Below are positions 28,437-37,227 of a stretch of DNA of 64,000 nt, one piece after another (within the stretch, counting starts at the first letter, position 1; each line of letters starts with the position of its first letter). The notes below the pieces were generated by a model that did not search any database, had not been told where the DNA came from, and saw only the letters and a list, made by a program, of their open reading frames with translations. Origin of the DNA: a bacterium. GTDB taxonomy: Bacteria > Patescibacteriota > Andersenbacteria > UBA10190. The stretch covers positions 8,778 to 72,777 of the forward strand of contig JAUYKA010000035.1 of assembly GCA_030698495.1 (NCBI GenBank), written 5' to 3'. The translations under genes were made by a program, and so were the position numbers.

Positions 28437-31400
28437 ACCGTCGCCGCCCTAGCCGCCGCCAGCCCGCCGGACTGCGGTGTCACCGGCATTAAATCGGCTG
28501 TCATTTGCACCGTTGTGTCATGTTCAGACTTCATTTGCACATTCTCCTTGGCAAAATTCGCATAGCCCGGCTTTGTCACCGTAATCATATAAGATCCCGC
28601 CGGCGGCAGGGCAAAAAACTTACCCTGATTGTTCGTCACTCGTGTCATCACCAGCCGCTTAGTCTTCTGATTGAACAGTCGTACGACCGCCAAATCCAGC
28701 GGTATATGGGTAATGGCATCCCTCACCTGGCCGTAAGCCGGACGCATCCTCACCTCCAAAGCAATCTTAACAATTACCAATAGTATATACAGACCTTCAA
28801 TCACCAGATACAGCCAATTGAGCGCCAAGAACACCAACGCTGTATTTAACAAAGCTCCCGCTAAAAACAACGGCCACGACAACAACCGTCCCAATCGCTG
28901 GACCGTCTGCCAAATATGGAGAACACTCACCCGCACCGACGTTACTTCCGCCGCTGTCGGTTTCATTGGTATCACAATAGACAGTGGCTGATTAGCGTCT
29001 TTTACCGTTAATTTTCCGCCGGTATAAACAATATTTTCCGCCGGCGCCAACGACCGACCCGCCGGCGCGAATGTAAACCCTTCTGCCTTTACTCCGATTG
29101 TGTACTGACCAACCGGAAAGAAAGTACTAAACGCACCTTGAGCATTTGTTCTCTCTGTTGCCCTTAATTTACCGGTCGCGTCGTAAACCAACACAGAAAC
29201 GCCGGCCATCGGCTCATTAGTCCGATAATGCACCACCTTACCTTGAGGTTGCATCCTGCCCGTAGCCAAACTGACAGAGTCATCTTTTTTATTACGTCTC
29301 TGATTTATAGCCTGTACTAACCTTTCCGCTAATAAGATGGCCATTGAGCCCAGAGTCAAAAACAGTAAAAACAAATCGGCCGGTTTCAGTATATTGCGAA
29401 TCAGCGCCGACTCCTCTTTAACCGGCTGCGGCGGAGGCGTTTCTTGCTTTACAATATTAAAGTCCACCGTCTCTTCAGTAGGCAAGCTCCTGGTTGCGAC
29501 AGTTACTGTATCCGACGCAGACGCACCGTTCAAATCACGCGCCGTCAAAACAAAAATATATGTTTCGTTTTCATCTCCCGCCGAAAACGAAGCGGTGGCT
29601 GTCCTGTCCGACATTAACTTTACTGCCGGTCCGCTTAACTGACGCCAGCTGAAGTTAAGCGTACTGGTATCGCCCGGATCCGGATCGAAAGACGCTGTAC
29701 CGTCCAAAATTACCAGTGCCCTAGGGTTAACCACCTGGTCCGGACCGGCATCAACTGCCGGCGGTCGATTGTTTTTTAACACTGGCGCTAAATCCGGCGC
29801 CGCCGGTTTCGGAGAAACAGCCGGAGTCGGTGTTATGGAAGGCAATCCGGTCACTTGTGCCGACGTTGCCGGCGTCGGACTGGGAGTCGGGGTTGCCCCG
29901 GACAACGGCGTTGCCACCGGGACTGTCGCGGTGGAACCATCCGTCTTGCCCCTCACACTGGGCCAAGCTCCGATATTGCCAAAATTATCTTCGGCAACCA
30001 GCTTAAAAGTGTAATATTTATCGGCTGCCAAGCTGGTAATAGTTGTTGTTGTCGCCTCTGTATCATCGAGATCGCTATCGTCATTAACGTCCCAAACATC
30101 CGAACGCAATTCCAGCACCGCGGTGTTATCCGTACCGTAATACACCTTATAAACGAAAGTGTTACTGTCGGTAGCCCTATTCCAGCTCAACACCGCTTTC
30201 TCTGGATCAATACTAACCAGTCGCAGTGCTCCTGCGCCAGTAGGCGGCGCGTTATCCACCCGAAAACCAGAACTGACCGCGGCTAACCCTACATCTCTAT
30301 CATCACGAGGAATAATTCTTAAATATACCTTGGCCGTATCGCCACTTATCGGTCCGCCTGTATTTTCCGTTGATTTCGTATCCCAAGTAAACGTCAGCTT
30401 CACACTGTCGTTTTGATCGGTATCGATATGATCCACCGTTCCTACCTGATAACCATTTTTATTTACCAAATCCACACTGCCGTTATCCGCGGTAACTTTA
30501 GTCAGCCACGGTTTATACCAATGTTGGCCGTCAACAGAATATTGAACCCTAATCCGCGTCGGATCGTCATCGCCATCGGAAATTTCGCTGGTGAATTGCA
30601 CCGCCCCGCTACCGGTAGTGCTTTGCACTATTTCCCCCGGAGCCATCGCGCTAGGCTTGGTACGCAATCTTTCGTAAGCGTAAACAATGCCGCGCTGTAA
30701 ATCCGCTGTCACTATGTCACTGTCTCCGTCGCCGTCCAAATCGGCCGCCGCCACGCCATACACGCTCTGCAAATTTGTCGCGATTGTCTGTTGAGATTTA
30801 AACTGTCCCGTCCCATCGTTTTCGTACCAATAAACGCTATTCTTATCCTGATCCGCCACTAATAAGTCCAAGTTACCATCGCCGTTCAAATCAACCGTCG
30901 CCACCGTTTTCGCGTCAATACTGTTAGCCACCACCATGCGCCCATAACGAGTATAACTTGATTCCGTCGGTCCCGACTTATATAATACCAACTCATCCAC
31001 GTTATCATCGGCCGTAGCAATCCACGTACTGCCATTTTCCGGATCGCCCACGACAATATGCGTCCGATTCGCATTGCTATCGTCAACATCCACTCTAGTC
31101 CAAGTCGCCCCGTCCGACGTATCCCAGCGCTGTAAGCCGTCATCACCACCGGTAACAATATCCTTATAGCCGTTATGGTTCAAATCACCTATCGCCACCG
31201 CCGTTACTTTACTATCAGCATTTAAAACCGTTGCCGAAAACGTCCCGCTGCCGTTATTGATCCATGTGCGCAACACAAAAGGACCGCTCAAGTCCCCGCT
31301 ACTGCCGGAAGTGATAATATCAATCGCGCCATCACCGTTTATGTCCCCCGCCGCGGCCACCGCGTCCCGCCCGGTCGCCCCACCCAAAGACTGGGACGAA

Positions 31401-31888
31401 AACTCAAAATCACCGTTGTTTTTAAACCAAGCCACACTGGGCGAATCTCCCTTGAAATTAACCAAGATATCACCGTCACCGTCGCCGTCCAAATCGGCAA
31501 TTTGTACCCGCTCACTTTGTTTATCGCTCACCACGTGCAAATCAAACTTAAAATCTCCCGTGTTGGCGTAAATCTTAATGCCATCAATACCGCCGGTAAC
31601 AATATCCCTATCTCCGTCACCATCAATATCATACGCGGCCACTCCTTGCACGCCCACGGCACTGCCCGACTCTCCCACCACATGCGGCGTAAATTCCAGC
31701 GCCCCCGCTTGCGGTACCTCTATTAACCAACGCCAGCCGCTTATAACCAGCGACACAACCAACACTAAACTCACCGCGGTACGCACCGCCGGCATCACTC
31801 GGCTAAACCTCGCTCTACGGCTTCTGACTCTTAACCTCGCCCGCAAAACCACACGCTCTCTGCTTCCATGGGAGCTTTTTCTTTTCAT
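28433..31888 (-). CDS. Very large surface protein of 1151 aa with FG-GAP/VCBS-like repeats, beta-sandwich (FN3/PKD-like) domains, C-terminal TM segments and CarboxypepD_reg-like beta domains
   Basis: Repeated DxDGDGxxD / FG-GAP-like blocks are present (DIDGDGDRDIV, DLDGDGDGDIL, DLNGDGNLDLL, DLDGDGDSDIV). Hydrophobic helices lie near residues 880-1000. Confidence 0.7.
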   Translation of the reverse strand: MKRKSSHGSRERVVLRARLRVRSRRARFSRVMPAVRTAVSLVLVVSLVISGWRWLIEVPQAGALEFTPHVVGESGSAVGVQGVAAYDIDGDGDRDIVTGGIDGIKIYANTGDFKFDLHVVSDKQSERVQIADLDGDGDGDILVNFKGDSPSVAWFKNNGDFEFSSQSLGGATGRDAVAAAGDINGDGAIDIITSGSSGDLSGPFVLRTWINNGSGTFSATVLNADSKVTAVAIGDLNHNGYKDIVTGGDDGLQRWDTSDGATWTRVDVDDSNANRTHIVVGDPENGSTWIATADDNVDELVLYKSGPTESSYTRYGRMVVANSIDAKTVATVDLNGDGNLDLLVADQDKNSVYWYENDGTGQFKSQQTIATNLQSVYGVAAADLDGDGDSDIVTADLQRGIVYAYERLRTKPSAMAPGEIVQSTTGSGAVQFTSEISDGDDDPTRIRVQYSVDGQHWYKPWLTKVTADNGSVDLVNKNGYQVGTVDHIDTDQNDSVKLTFTWDTKSTENTGGPISGDTAKVYLRIIPRDDRDVGLAAVSSGFRVDNAPPTGAGALRLVSIDPEKAVLSWNRATDSNTFVYKVYYGTDNTAVLELRSDVWDVNDDSDLDDTEATTTTITSLAADKYYTFKLVAEDNFGNIGAWPSVRGKTDGSTATVPVATPLSGATPTPSPTPATSAQVTGLPSITPTPAVSPKPAAPDLAPVLKNNRPPAVDAGPDQVVNPRALVILDGTASFDPDPGDTSTLNFSWRQLSGPAVKLMSDRTATASFSAGDENETYIFVLTARDLNGASASDTVTVATRSLPTEETVDFNIVKQETPPPQPVKEESALIRNILKPADLFLLFLTLGSMAILLAERLVQAINQRRNKKDDSVSLATGRMQPQGKVVHYRTNEPMAGVSVLVYDATGKLRATERTNAQGAFSTFFPVGQYTIGVKAEGFTFAPAGRSLAPAENIVYTGGKLTVKDANQPLSIVIPMKPTAAEVTSVRVSVLHIWQTVQRLGRLLSWPLFLAGALLNTALVFLALNWLYLVIEGLYILLVIVKIALEVRMRPAYGQVRDAITHIPLDLAVVRLFNQKTKRLVMTRVTNNQGKFFALPPAGSYMITVTKPGYANFAKENVQMKSEHDTTVQMTADLMPVTPQSGGLAAARAATV

Positions 31889-31929
31889 ATACCTGCATAT
31901 TAGCAGGAAAACACCTTTTAAATCTACAA

Positions 31930-32015
31930 AAGCTACGTATCTACAAACTTACATTGGTAGAGTAGTTTTGTATATTTGTAGCTTTGTACATTTGTAGATC
32001 TGCAGATTTGTAATC
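31930..32015. repeat. Inverted array of TTTGTAG(A/C)T / ATCTACAAA repeats between the FG-GAP gene start and the leuS stop
   Basis: aaatctacaaaagctacgtatctacaaac ... gtatatttgtagctttgtacatttgtagatctgcagatttg is seen in sequence. Coordinates are uncertain by about 1 nt. Confidence 0.6.
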
Positions 32016-32020
32016 CATCT

Positions 32021-34444
32021 CTACTTCACCACAAAATTAATGAGCTTATTCGGTACAAATATAACTTTCACAATTTGCTTCCCCTCTAAATACTTACCTA
32101 CATTCTCTACCTGCCACGCTTGCTCTTCAATTACTGTCTTAGCCGCACCTACGACCACCTCCAGCGTCCCGCGCAAACGTCCGTTCACCTGCACCGGAAT
32201 CGTAATCGCCGCCTGCTTTAAAACACGCTCGTCAAACACCGGCCACTCTTCCCGCAAAACCGAGGTTTTATGACCAAGATATTGCCATAACTCCTCCGTC
32301 AGATGCGGCGCGTAAGGGCTAAGCAATAAAACAAATCGTTCCAACACTCCACGCGGCACCGGCACGCTTTTTTCCAGTTCGTTCAGCATCTCCATTAAAG
32401 CCGCGATGGCCGTATTAAAGCTGAATTTCTCCGTGCTCTCTGAAACTCGTTTTATCGTCTGCTGTGTCAGTGTTTCCAGTTCTTTATTTCCAACACCGTC
32501 AGCTATCGAACTTCCTTTTACTACCCCCCACACCCGTTTCAAAAACCGCTGCGCCCCGGCAATACTTGCCGTACTCCACATGCCCGACCCGTCAAACGGT
32601 CCCATAAACATCTCGTAAATGCGCAGCGTATCGGCGCCATATTTGGCCACCACATCATCAGGATTAATTACATTTCCCCGCGACTTGCTCATCTTTTGTC
32701 CATCCTCTCCGATTACCAAACCCACATTGCGCAAACGTAAAAAAGGTTCCCTAAAAGAGAGCGCTCCGGCATCGGCCAGCACCTTAGTCCAAAAGCGCGC
32801 GTACAAAAGATGCAACACCGCGTGTTCCGCTCCGCCGATATACAAATCAACCGGCAACCAGCGCTTAAGCGCTTCCGGACCCGCTAGCGCTTCTTTATTG
32901 TTCGGATCAACATAGCGCAGGAAATACCAGGAAGAACCGGCCCATTGCGGCATAGTGTTGGTTTCCCTCTTGCCCATGCCCGAGCAAGTAGGACACCTTA
33001 CGTTTACCCAATCATCAATTTGCGCCAGGGGAGACTCACCCGTTCCCGTCGGTTCGTATTTTTCCACCTCCGGCAATTTAACCGGCAGCTGGTCTTCCGG
33101 CACCGGCACCGCGCCGCATTTGTCGCAATGAATAATCGGAATTGGCTCTCCCCAGTAACGCTGTCGGGAGAACACCCAGTCGCGCAAACTATACGTAACC
33201 ATCCGCTTGCCGTAACCGTTTTGCTGCATGTAATCTTTCATTCTTTCCGTCGCGTCATGAATATTCATTCCGTCCAAAAATCCGGAATTAATCATTTTCC
33301 CCTCGTCTTCCTGCACCTGCTCAATTCTCTCAATTTCAGACGCATCATCATCCGCCGCTACCACCACCCGGATAATGGGCAATTCAAATTTTTTCGCGAA
33401 TTCAAAATCACGCTTATCATGCCCCGGCACTCCCACCACCGCCCCCGTGCCAAAATGTCCAATCACAAAATCAGATATCCACACCGGCATCTCCCGCTTT
33501 GTCAGCTGATTAACGACGTAGTATCCGGTAAACACACCTGTTTTATCGCGTCCCTCTTCCATTCTCTCTCGCTCCGTTTTATGAGCCGCACGATCAATAT
33601 AATCCGCCACCTCTTTATTCTTTTTTGCCAACTGCCCAGCAATTTTGTGCTCTGGCGCCAGCACCACAAACGTCGCGCCGAAATTGGTGTCCGGCCGCGT
33701 CGTAAAACACGTAATTGTCTCGTCAGTTCCTTTAATCTTGTAAGTAATATTTATTCCTTCTTTGCGCCCGATCCAATTTCTTTGTGATTCCATAATAAAC
33801 TTCGGCCACTCCAAACCGCCCAAATCATTTAACAGCTGATCGGCGTAACGCGTAATTCGCAACAGCCATTGGCGCATCGGCTTCTGTACCACCGGCGTGC
33901 CGCACCGCTCGCACTTGCCATCCACCACTTCCTCGTTAGCTAAACCTGTTTTATCCTTCGGACACCAATTTATCGGCACTGTCGCCTCATACGCCAGACC
34001 AAGCTTGTAAAGCTGTAGAAAAATCCACTGCGTCCACTTGTAGTATTCCGGATCCGTCGTGTTTACTTCCCGATCCCAGTCATATAACAAACCGACCCGT
34101 CGCATCTGCTGGCGGAACCGATCAATGTTTTTCTCCGTCAGCTTGGCCGGATGCACACCGTACTTTATTGCCGAGTTCTCCGTCGGCAACCCGAAGGCGT
34201 CCCAACCGGTCGGATGTAATACGGCAAACCCTTTCATCCGCAAATACCTGGCCACTACATCCGAAGCGGTATAAATCTTCACATGTCCCACGTGCAAGCC
34301 ATCTCCCGAAGGATAAGGAAACATATCCAGCACATACCGCTTCTTCTTCACCGGATCCGTATCGGTTTGATATAATTTCTCATCCAGCCAAAATTTCTGC
34401 CACTTCGGTTCAATTTCCTGTGGTTTATATTCGTCTGTCGCCAT
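32021..34444 (-). CDS. leuS: Leucyl-tRNA synthetase
   Basis: The HIGH-type motif (HVGH) and KMSKS are present. The LeuRS editing and anticodon-binding regions are present. The protein is 807 aa. Confidence 0.95.
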   Translation of the reverse strand: MATDEYKPQEIEPKWQKFWLDEKLYQTDTDPVKKKRYVLDMFPYPSGDGLHVGHVKIYTASDVVARYLRMKGFAVLHPTGWDAFGLPTENSAIKYGVHPAKLTEKNIDRFRQQMRRVGLLYDWDREVNTTDPEYYKWTQWIFLQLYKLGLAYEATVPINWCPKDKTGLANEEVVDGKCERCGTPVVQKPMRQWLLRITRYADQLLNDLGGLEWPKFIMESQRNWIGRKEGINITYKIKGTDETITCFTTRPDTNFGATFVVLAPEHKIAGQLAKKNKEVADYIDRAAHKTERERMEEGRDKTGVFTGYYVVNQLTKREMPVWISDFVIGHFGTGAVVGVPGHDKRDFEFAKKFELPIIRVVVAADDDASEIERIEQVQEDEGKMINSGFLDGMNIHDATERMKDYMQQNGYGKRMVTYSLRDWVFSRQRYWGEPIPIIHCDKCGAVPVPEDQLPVKLPEVEKYEPTGTGESPLAQIDDWVNVRCPTCSGMGKRETNTMPQWAGSSWYFLRYVDPNNKEALAGPEALKRWLPVDLYIGGAEHAVLHLLYARFWTKVLADAGALSFREPFLRLRNVGLVIGEDGQKMSKSRGNVINPDDVVAKYGADTLRIYEMFMGPFDGSGMWSTASIAGAQRFLKRVWGVVKGSSIADGVGNKELETLTQQTIKRVSESTEKFSFNTAIAALMEMLNELEKSVPVPRGVLERFVLLLSPYAPHLTEELWQYLGHKTSVLREEWPVFDERVLKQAAITIPVQVNGRLRGTLEVVVGAAKTVIEEQAWQVENVGKYLEGKQIVKVIFVPNKLINFVVK

Positions 34445-34512
34445 GTTTATAGCCTAAATCCAACCCACCCAAATTACCAGACAAGTCAACCAACATTATT
34501 GCTTTTTCATAA

Positions 34513-34676
34513 GCGAGAGGCACTTTTCGCGGCACCTACTTCCGGCAACGCACTTGCCCCGTCCAGCGACGGGACTGCGCTCGACTAAAAGCCTGCCGCT
34601 CCGCCTTTTAAGGCGGAGACCATGCCGGCAAGCTTTTAGACGGTTGCCGGAAGTAGGCACCGCGAGTGCCGCTCGC
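34513..34676. repeat. Palindromic element copy C. It is inverted relative to copies A and B.
   Basis: Its reverse complement aligns with copy A through ccgtct(a/g)aa(a/g)gcttg(c/t)cggcatggtc(t/c)ccgcc ... gtcgagcgcag(t/c)ccg...gggcaagtg. The outer imperfect stem is gcgagaggcac...gtgccgctcgc. Confidence 0.7.
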
Positions 34677-34746
34677 CACGAAAGTCCATGTAGAATAGGC
34701 TAACAATAGCCATTCTATCCTGATGAAACTCATATTAAGTTTTGTC

Positions 34747-34782
34747 ATTCCGGAATTTTGCCAAGGGCAAAATATCCGGAAT
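34747..34782. repeat. Short hairpin related to the element core (attccggaattttgcc-aag-ggcaaaatatccggaat)
   Basis: It has the same X-TTTTGCC-n-GGCAAAA-X' architecture as the central hairpin of copies A and B. Confidence 0.5.
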
Positions 34783-34818
34783 CCAAGCGGAAATTCAACG
34801 CTCTAGTATAACGCACCA

Positions 34819-34997
34819 GCAAGCGACGCCACGACTTTTGCTCTTGGCGACCGTCTGAAGGCTTGTCGGCATGGTCCCCGCCGTTATTTTGCCGCGGCAA
34901 AATAACGGCGGGGCGACAAAACTTCAGTCGAGCGCAGCCCGCCCGCAGGGGGCGGGCAAGTGTGTCGTCCAAGAGTGAAAGTTGTGGCGCCGCTTGC
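34819..34997. repeat. Palindromic element copy A (179 nt), ending 12 nt from the rarA stop
   Basis: The roughly 33 bp imperfect outer stem has G-T/T-G wobbles. The core is gaccgtctgaagg...ggtccccgcc-gttattttgccgcggcaaaataac-ggcgggg...cttcagtcgagcgcag-cccgcccgcagggggcgggc-aagtgtgtcg. Confidence 0.75.
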
Positions 34998-35008
34998 TAA
35001 TTAAAATT

Positions 35009-36331
35009 TTACTTACCCCCGTGTAACATTTTCCGCGCCTCGTCAACGCGCCTTTTAACTTCCTTCTCAAACCCGTCACTGCCCGGTTCATAATAAATAT
35101 GCTCTTGAATACTTCCCGGCCGATATTTCTGCTCCACCACATGTCCGGCAAAATCATGCGGATACTTGTATCCAACTCCTTTGCCAAATTGCTTCATCCC
35201 TTCTATCGGTGCATTTGTAATATGTCCCGGCGGCGCGTCATTGCCGTGTAAACGCACATCATCCTTTGCCGCTTCCTTCGCCCTATACACACTATTGCTC
35301 TTCGGCGCCGCCGACAAATACACCGCCGTCTGCGCCAACGCAAACTCCGCTTCCGGCAGTCCCACCCACTTCAGCGCCTGACTGGCCGCCGCCGCCAGCA
35401 TCAGCGCGTGCGGATCCGCATTGCCTATGTCTTCCGACGCAAAAATCATCATTCGCCTGATGATGAACTTAGGATCTTCCCCTGCCAGCAACATCCGAAA
35501 CAGATAAAACAGCGCCGCGTCCGGATCCGACCCCCGCATACTTTTTATAAACGCCGAAATAGTATCGTAATGCGCGTCGCCTTTCTTGTCATACTGCACC
35601 ACTGACGCTTGCGCCGCCGATTCCACCTCTTCCCGCGTAATCGCTTTCTTCGACCTCGTTTTGCTTGAACCTCTGGCCAACACCATCCGCTCCAGAATAT
35701 TAAGCGCCCGCCGCGCGTCCCCACCCGCCAACTCCACGAGCGTCTTTCTGGCTTCCACTGACAGCTTCTCCTTTCCGGCTAAACCGTTTTCCTCATCCCG
35801 CAACGCTCGATCGATAATTTTCCCTATCGCTTCCTGATCGTGCGGTTCCAATTTAACCACTTCCGCGCGACTTACCAGTGCCGCGATAACTTCAAAATAT
35901 GGATTTTCCGTCGTCGCCCCTATCATCGTCACCACGCCTTCTTCCACCGCCGGCAGCAGCACATCCTGTTGCGCTTTATTAAACCGATGTATTTCATCCA
36001 CAATCAGAATCGTTCTCGTATTCATTTTGCGCCACTCTTGCGCCCGGCTTATCACTTCCCGTAATTCTTTCACACCAGCCGCCACCGCACTGATCCGCTC
36101 CACTTTCGCCGACATCACATTGGCAATTAAAAAAGCCAGGCTCGTTTTTCCTACTCCGGGCGGCCCCCATAAGATAAGTGATCCAACAAGGCCTTGTTCT
36201 ATTGAGCGCCTTAAAGCCGAATCATGCCCCAAAACTTTATTTTGCCCCACATACTCATCCAAATTTCGCGGACGCATTCTTGCCGCCAGCGGCACGTAAG
36301 ACTGGCTTATTTTGCTTTTAGTTCGTGGCAT
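35009..36331 (-). CDS. rarA: Replication-associated recombination protein A (RarA/MgsA AAA+ ATPase)
   Basis: Walker A ILWGPPGVGKTSLA is present. Walker B ILIVDEIHRFNK is present. The MgsA C-terminal domain is present. Confidence 0.85.
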   Translation of the reverse strand: MPRTKSKISQSYVPLAARMRPRNLDEYVGQNKVLGHDSALRRSIEQGLVGSLILWGPPGVGKTSLAFLIANVMSAKVERISAVAAGVKELREVISRAQEWRKMNTRTILIVDEIHRFNKAQQDVLLPAVEEGVVTMIGATTENPYFEVIAALVSRAEVVKLEPHDQEAIGKIIDRALRDEENGLAGKEKLSVEARKTLVELAGGDARRALNILERMVLARGSSKTRSKKAITREEVESAAQASVVQYDKKGDAHYDTISAFIKSMRGSDPDAALFYLFRMLLAGEDPKFIIRRMMIFASEDIGNADPHALMLAAAASQALKWVGLPEAEFALAQTAVYLSAAPKSNSVYRAKEAAKDDVRLHGNDAPPGHITNAPIEGMKQFGKGVGYKYPHDFAGHVVEQKYRPGSIQEHIYYEPGSDGFEKEVKRRVDEARKMLHGGK

Positions 36332-36385
36332 ACTTTTCAGTGTACCCCAAAACAGCCGTTCTCACACCGGAATTTTACACCTCGC

Positions 36386-36538
36386 CTAATCCAGTAAACT
36401 CTCCAGTGATGCCTGAATATAACCGTGTAATGGTGTCGCGTAAAGCAAACCCAGCGCCCCTAAAAACACGGCTATTAATATTGCCAGCAAAAGCAGCACC
36501 TTCCGCTGCGCCACCTGTTGCCAATAATCCTTAACCAT
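36386..36538 (-). CDS. Candidate small single-TM protein of 50 aa (MVKDYWQQVAQRKVLLLLAILIAVFLGALGLLYATPLHGYIQASLESLLD), not in the ORF track because it is shorter than 60 aa
   Basis: The frame is open from ATG 36536-36538 to the TAG at 36386-36388. It lies 54 nt upstream of the rarA start on the same strand. It has a hydrophobic core and a weak RBS. Confidence 0.3.
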   Translation of the reverse strand: MVKDYWQQVAQRKVLLLLAILIAVFLGALGLLYATPLHGYIQASLESLLD

Positions 36539-36699
36539 ACTATAACTATCCTCCAAATTTTCTTTTCAATCAAACTGCAACCATATTTTTATTACCACCA
36601 ATCAATTTGTGGTAATATGCGCCAGGTTGTACTTTTCAATCTTTTAATGTATTACTTTTACAAGTTGGTTCCCTTACAAATTTATGGGGAGGGTTTAAA

Positions 36700-37119
36700 A
36701 TGGATCGCTCGCCTTTTGACAAACAAAACCGGATAATATCCAGTTGGTCACTGCCCGTTCCTGCCACTGCAACCGAATGCAATCGATTAATCCGTTACAT
36801 CCTACAGGGTAACGGTACCGATTCTGGTCACATAGGCGACCATGTTCGCCTATCCCGGAAATATCATCAACGATGGGTCGGCACACGCGTTAGAATCAAA
36901 AGGAGAAAAGGAAGACGCTACAGTGGTAGACAAGGCACCGTCATCGCCCTTCAGGCTAGAACCGCCGACGAAGTTGAACAAGCTCGGCTTACTTGCCGCC
37001 GCCACACCCCGCACCCCTTCAAAGCCCTCGTGCATCTTGAGGGAATAACAAAACCCGTTACCATATCTCTTTCCCTCCTGCTCCTGGTCGAACGCCAAGA
37101 ACAGCGCACCTTGTTCTAA
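36700..37119 (+). CDS. Hypothetical 139 aa protein with a KOW-like basic segment (GTRVRIKRRKGRRYSGRQGTV)
   Basis: The ATG is preceded by a GGGGAGGG Shine-Dalgarno at an 8 nt spacing. The upstream inverted repeat attaccac/gtggtaat overlaps a TAATAT -10-like hexamer. Confidence 0.5.
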   Translation: MDRSPFDKQNRIISSWSLPVPATATECNRLIRYILQGNGTDSGHIGDHVRLSRKYHQRWVGTRVRIKRRKGRRYSGRQGTVIALQARTADEVEQARLTCRRHTPHPFKALVHLEGITKPVTISLSLLLLVERQEQRTLF

Positions 37120-37132
37120 AAGCGCCTCCCAC

Positions 37133-37156
37133 TAGCCCACCCGGGCTAGTTTTCTT
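37133..37156 (+). terminator. Intrinsic terminator
   Basis: ctagccc-acc-gggctag is followed by ttttctt. Confidence 0.6.
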
Positions 37157-37227
37157 ACTTAAAAAAACAAACCCGAACAATATCAAGGATTATCCTTTAA
37201 AATGCCTTGATACGGCTTATGAACACT

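Noticed and set aside
32945-33787. 280 aa plus-strand ORF
   Set aside because: It is entirely antisense within leuS. Its composition is Arg/His-rich and typical of reverse-frame artefacts.
34445-35008. T-box riboswitch leader upstream of leuS
   Set aside because: No T-box consensus (AATTAGGGTGGNACCGCG or its complement) was found. The structured sequence consists of palindromic repeat copies that also occur downstream of ileS, so it is a repeat family and not an aaRS-specific leader.
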